This document shows, one piece after another, positions 26,836-28,298 of a stretch of 28,298 nt of DNA; position 1 is the first letter of the stretch; the number at the start of each line of letters is the position of its first letter. Location of the stretch: positions 1 to 28,298 of IMG/VR virus record IMGVR_UViG_3300002182_000344, one strand, 5' to 3'. A program made the translations under genes and the position numbers. The notes under the pieces were generated by a model, which was not told where the DNA came from, ran no database searches, and saw nothing but the letters and a program-made list of their open reading frames with translations. This stretch comes from a virus. Its lineage: Duplodnaviria; Caudoviricetes.

Positions 26836-27849
26836 ATGGATCAAAAAGATGAAGAATTTTTTAATAAAGAATCAGAAAATTTAACAAAACCAGAAAAAAA
26901 AGAAGAAGTAAAATCAGAAAAAGTTCAAGAAGAACCAAAAGTTGAAATTGAAAAAAAAGAAAAAGAAGTTCAGGTTAAAAAAGTAGAAGATATAGATATA
27001 GAAACAAGTCAGATTTTACAGAAAGCAATTCAAAAAGTTATTCAAAAAGAATTTGAAAAGAATTTTGTTTTAAAAGAATTAGCAGAAATAAAGAAAGCAG
27101 TTGTGGATTTATTTAGAAGAAGACCTCCCGAAGTTCAGAAAGTAATTGGAGAAGTAGAAACTAAATTTCCGGAAGTTCAAAAAATTGAAGGACAAGTTGA
27201 AGTCAAAAACTTACCAGAAAGACAAAAAATTGAAGATGAGAGAATAGTTGAAAGAATAGAAAGATTAGAAAAAGCAATTAGAAGTCTAAAATTTCCTGAA
27301 CCATTAAAAGAAGTTAAGATTGCAAATGTTGCTGAATTTCCGAAGCCTCCAAATGTAGTCAAGATTTCTGAAATGCCGACAGATGAGTTAAAGAAAATCA
27401 TTGAAGTTTTAAAAGCAAATAAGATTGAGTTAAATGAATTAGTAGATTTTTTTAGTAGAAACCCCGATTATTATATCAATGTTAGATTAACTGATGGGAA
27501 AGAATGGTATAAAGCATTGAGCGAAATTGTGGCTGGCGTTGGGGGAGGTGTAATTCCTTTTGTTGATAGCATCGGAAAGCAGAAACCAGCAAAAGTAAGA
27601 GATGAAGACCAGAGATTAGAAGTTCACGTAATAAGTGAAAAGGAATTTACCGTAAGAACTGAATATGATTCTGCGTCGAATTTGATATATTACGGAGAAG
27701 CTGAGCCGGGTTCGTTAGAATCTGAAGCTAAATGGCGGATTAAGAAAATAACTTGGTCTGGTAGTCTTTTGGTGGATATAAAATGGGCAAATGGAGATGC
27801 TCTGTTTACGAAAGTTTGGAATGATAGGGCAACATATAATTATTCGTAA
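26836..27849 (+). CDS. Probable virion structural protein
   Basis: Charged N-terminus, PEVQK/VxNxP repeats, C-terminal YYGEAEPG...WRIKKI...WNDRATYNY domain; lies after the capsid gene. Confidence 0.55.
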   Translation: MDQKDEEFFNKESENLTKPEKKEEVKSEKVQEEPKVEIEKKEKEVQVKKVEDIDIETSQILQKAIQKVIQKEFEKNFVLKELAEIKKAVVDLFRRRPPEVQKVIGEVETKFPEVQKIEGQVEVKNLPERQKIEDERIVERIERLEKAIRSLKFPEPLKEVKIANVAEFPKPPNVVKISEMPTDELKKIIEVLKANKIELNELVDFFSRNPDYYINVRLTDGKEWYKALSEIVAGVGGGVIPFVDSIGKQKPAKVRDEDQRLEVHVISEKEFTVRTEYDSASNLIYYGEAEPGSLESEAKWRIKKITWSGSLLVDIKWANGDALFTKVWNDRATYNYS

Positions 27850-27853
27850 AAAT

Positions 27854-28298
27854 ATGAGCTATAAGTATAATCCATTTTTAAAAGGACTTGATTATTACGA
27901 ATTTGGAGGAGGGGGTGGTGTTGCTACCTTTTTAGGTTTATCAGATACCCCTTCTTCTTATACTGGAGAGGCAGGAAAATATGTTGCAGTTAATTCTACT
28001 GAAACTGCTTTGGAATTTGTTGCTCCAGTCAATAGTTTTGTTCCTTATACAGGAGCAATTAAAAATTTAGATTTAGGTGCTCATAATCTTATTGTTGATA
28101 CTAATACTTTATTTGTAGATAGTGTCAATCATAGAGTCGGCATCGGGACGACGGCACCGAATGATAAATTGACAATAAACGGAAATATAGTTCCTGTTAC
28201 TAATTCTGCTTTTAATTTAGGGAACTCAAGTAATTATTGGGCTAATGCTTATATTAACAATGTTTATTATAATTCATCAGCAAGTATAAATGGGACAA
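27854..28298 (+). CDS. Fibre-like virion protein (3'-truncated by the window edge)
   Basis: Open to the window end: MSYKYNPF...FLGLSDTPSSYTG...VPYTGA...RVGIGTTAPNDKLTING...NLGNSSNYWANAY. Confidence 0.7.
   Translation, partial: MSYKYNPFLKGLDYYEFGGGGGVATFLGLSDTPSSYTGEAGKYVAVNSTETALEFVAPVNSFVPYTGAIKNLDLGAHNLIVDTNTLFVDSVNHRVGIGTTAPNDKLTINGNIVPVTNSAFNLGNSSNYWANAYINNVYYNSSASINGT

Noticed and set aside
3301-27401. Minus-strand ORFs in the ORF track
   Set aside because: All are short, lie antisense to well-supported + strand genes or pseudogenes, and are F/L/S/I-rich shadows of A-rich codons with no motifs.

Overview
AT-rich segment of a tailed dsDNA phage or prophage (Caudoviricetes-like), with all credible genes on the + strand. 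Gene order: nuclease/resolvase genes; a 7-deazaguanine precursor pathway (queD, queE, folE, queC) extended by an extra radical SAM enzyme, a PIG-L-type deacetylase and two glycosyltransferases; a TGT/DpdA-like transglycosylase apparently fused to the small terminase; large terminase; a ~7 kb sugar-nucleotide/glycosyltransferase island with two broken homing endonucleases; a DNA methyltransferase; a Com-like zinc finger; a promoter with a two-state RNA leader; then portal, MuF (with a broken ADP-ribosyltransferase-like extension), prohead protease/scaffold, major capsid and fibre-like genes. The best candidate novel system is packaging-coupled insertion of a possibly glycosylated 7-deazaguanine into DNA. 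Secondary highlights are the second glycosylation island, two switch-like structured RNAs and a strand-polarised AAAGGTCG motif. All calls come from motif recognition by eye; no searches were run.
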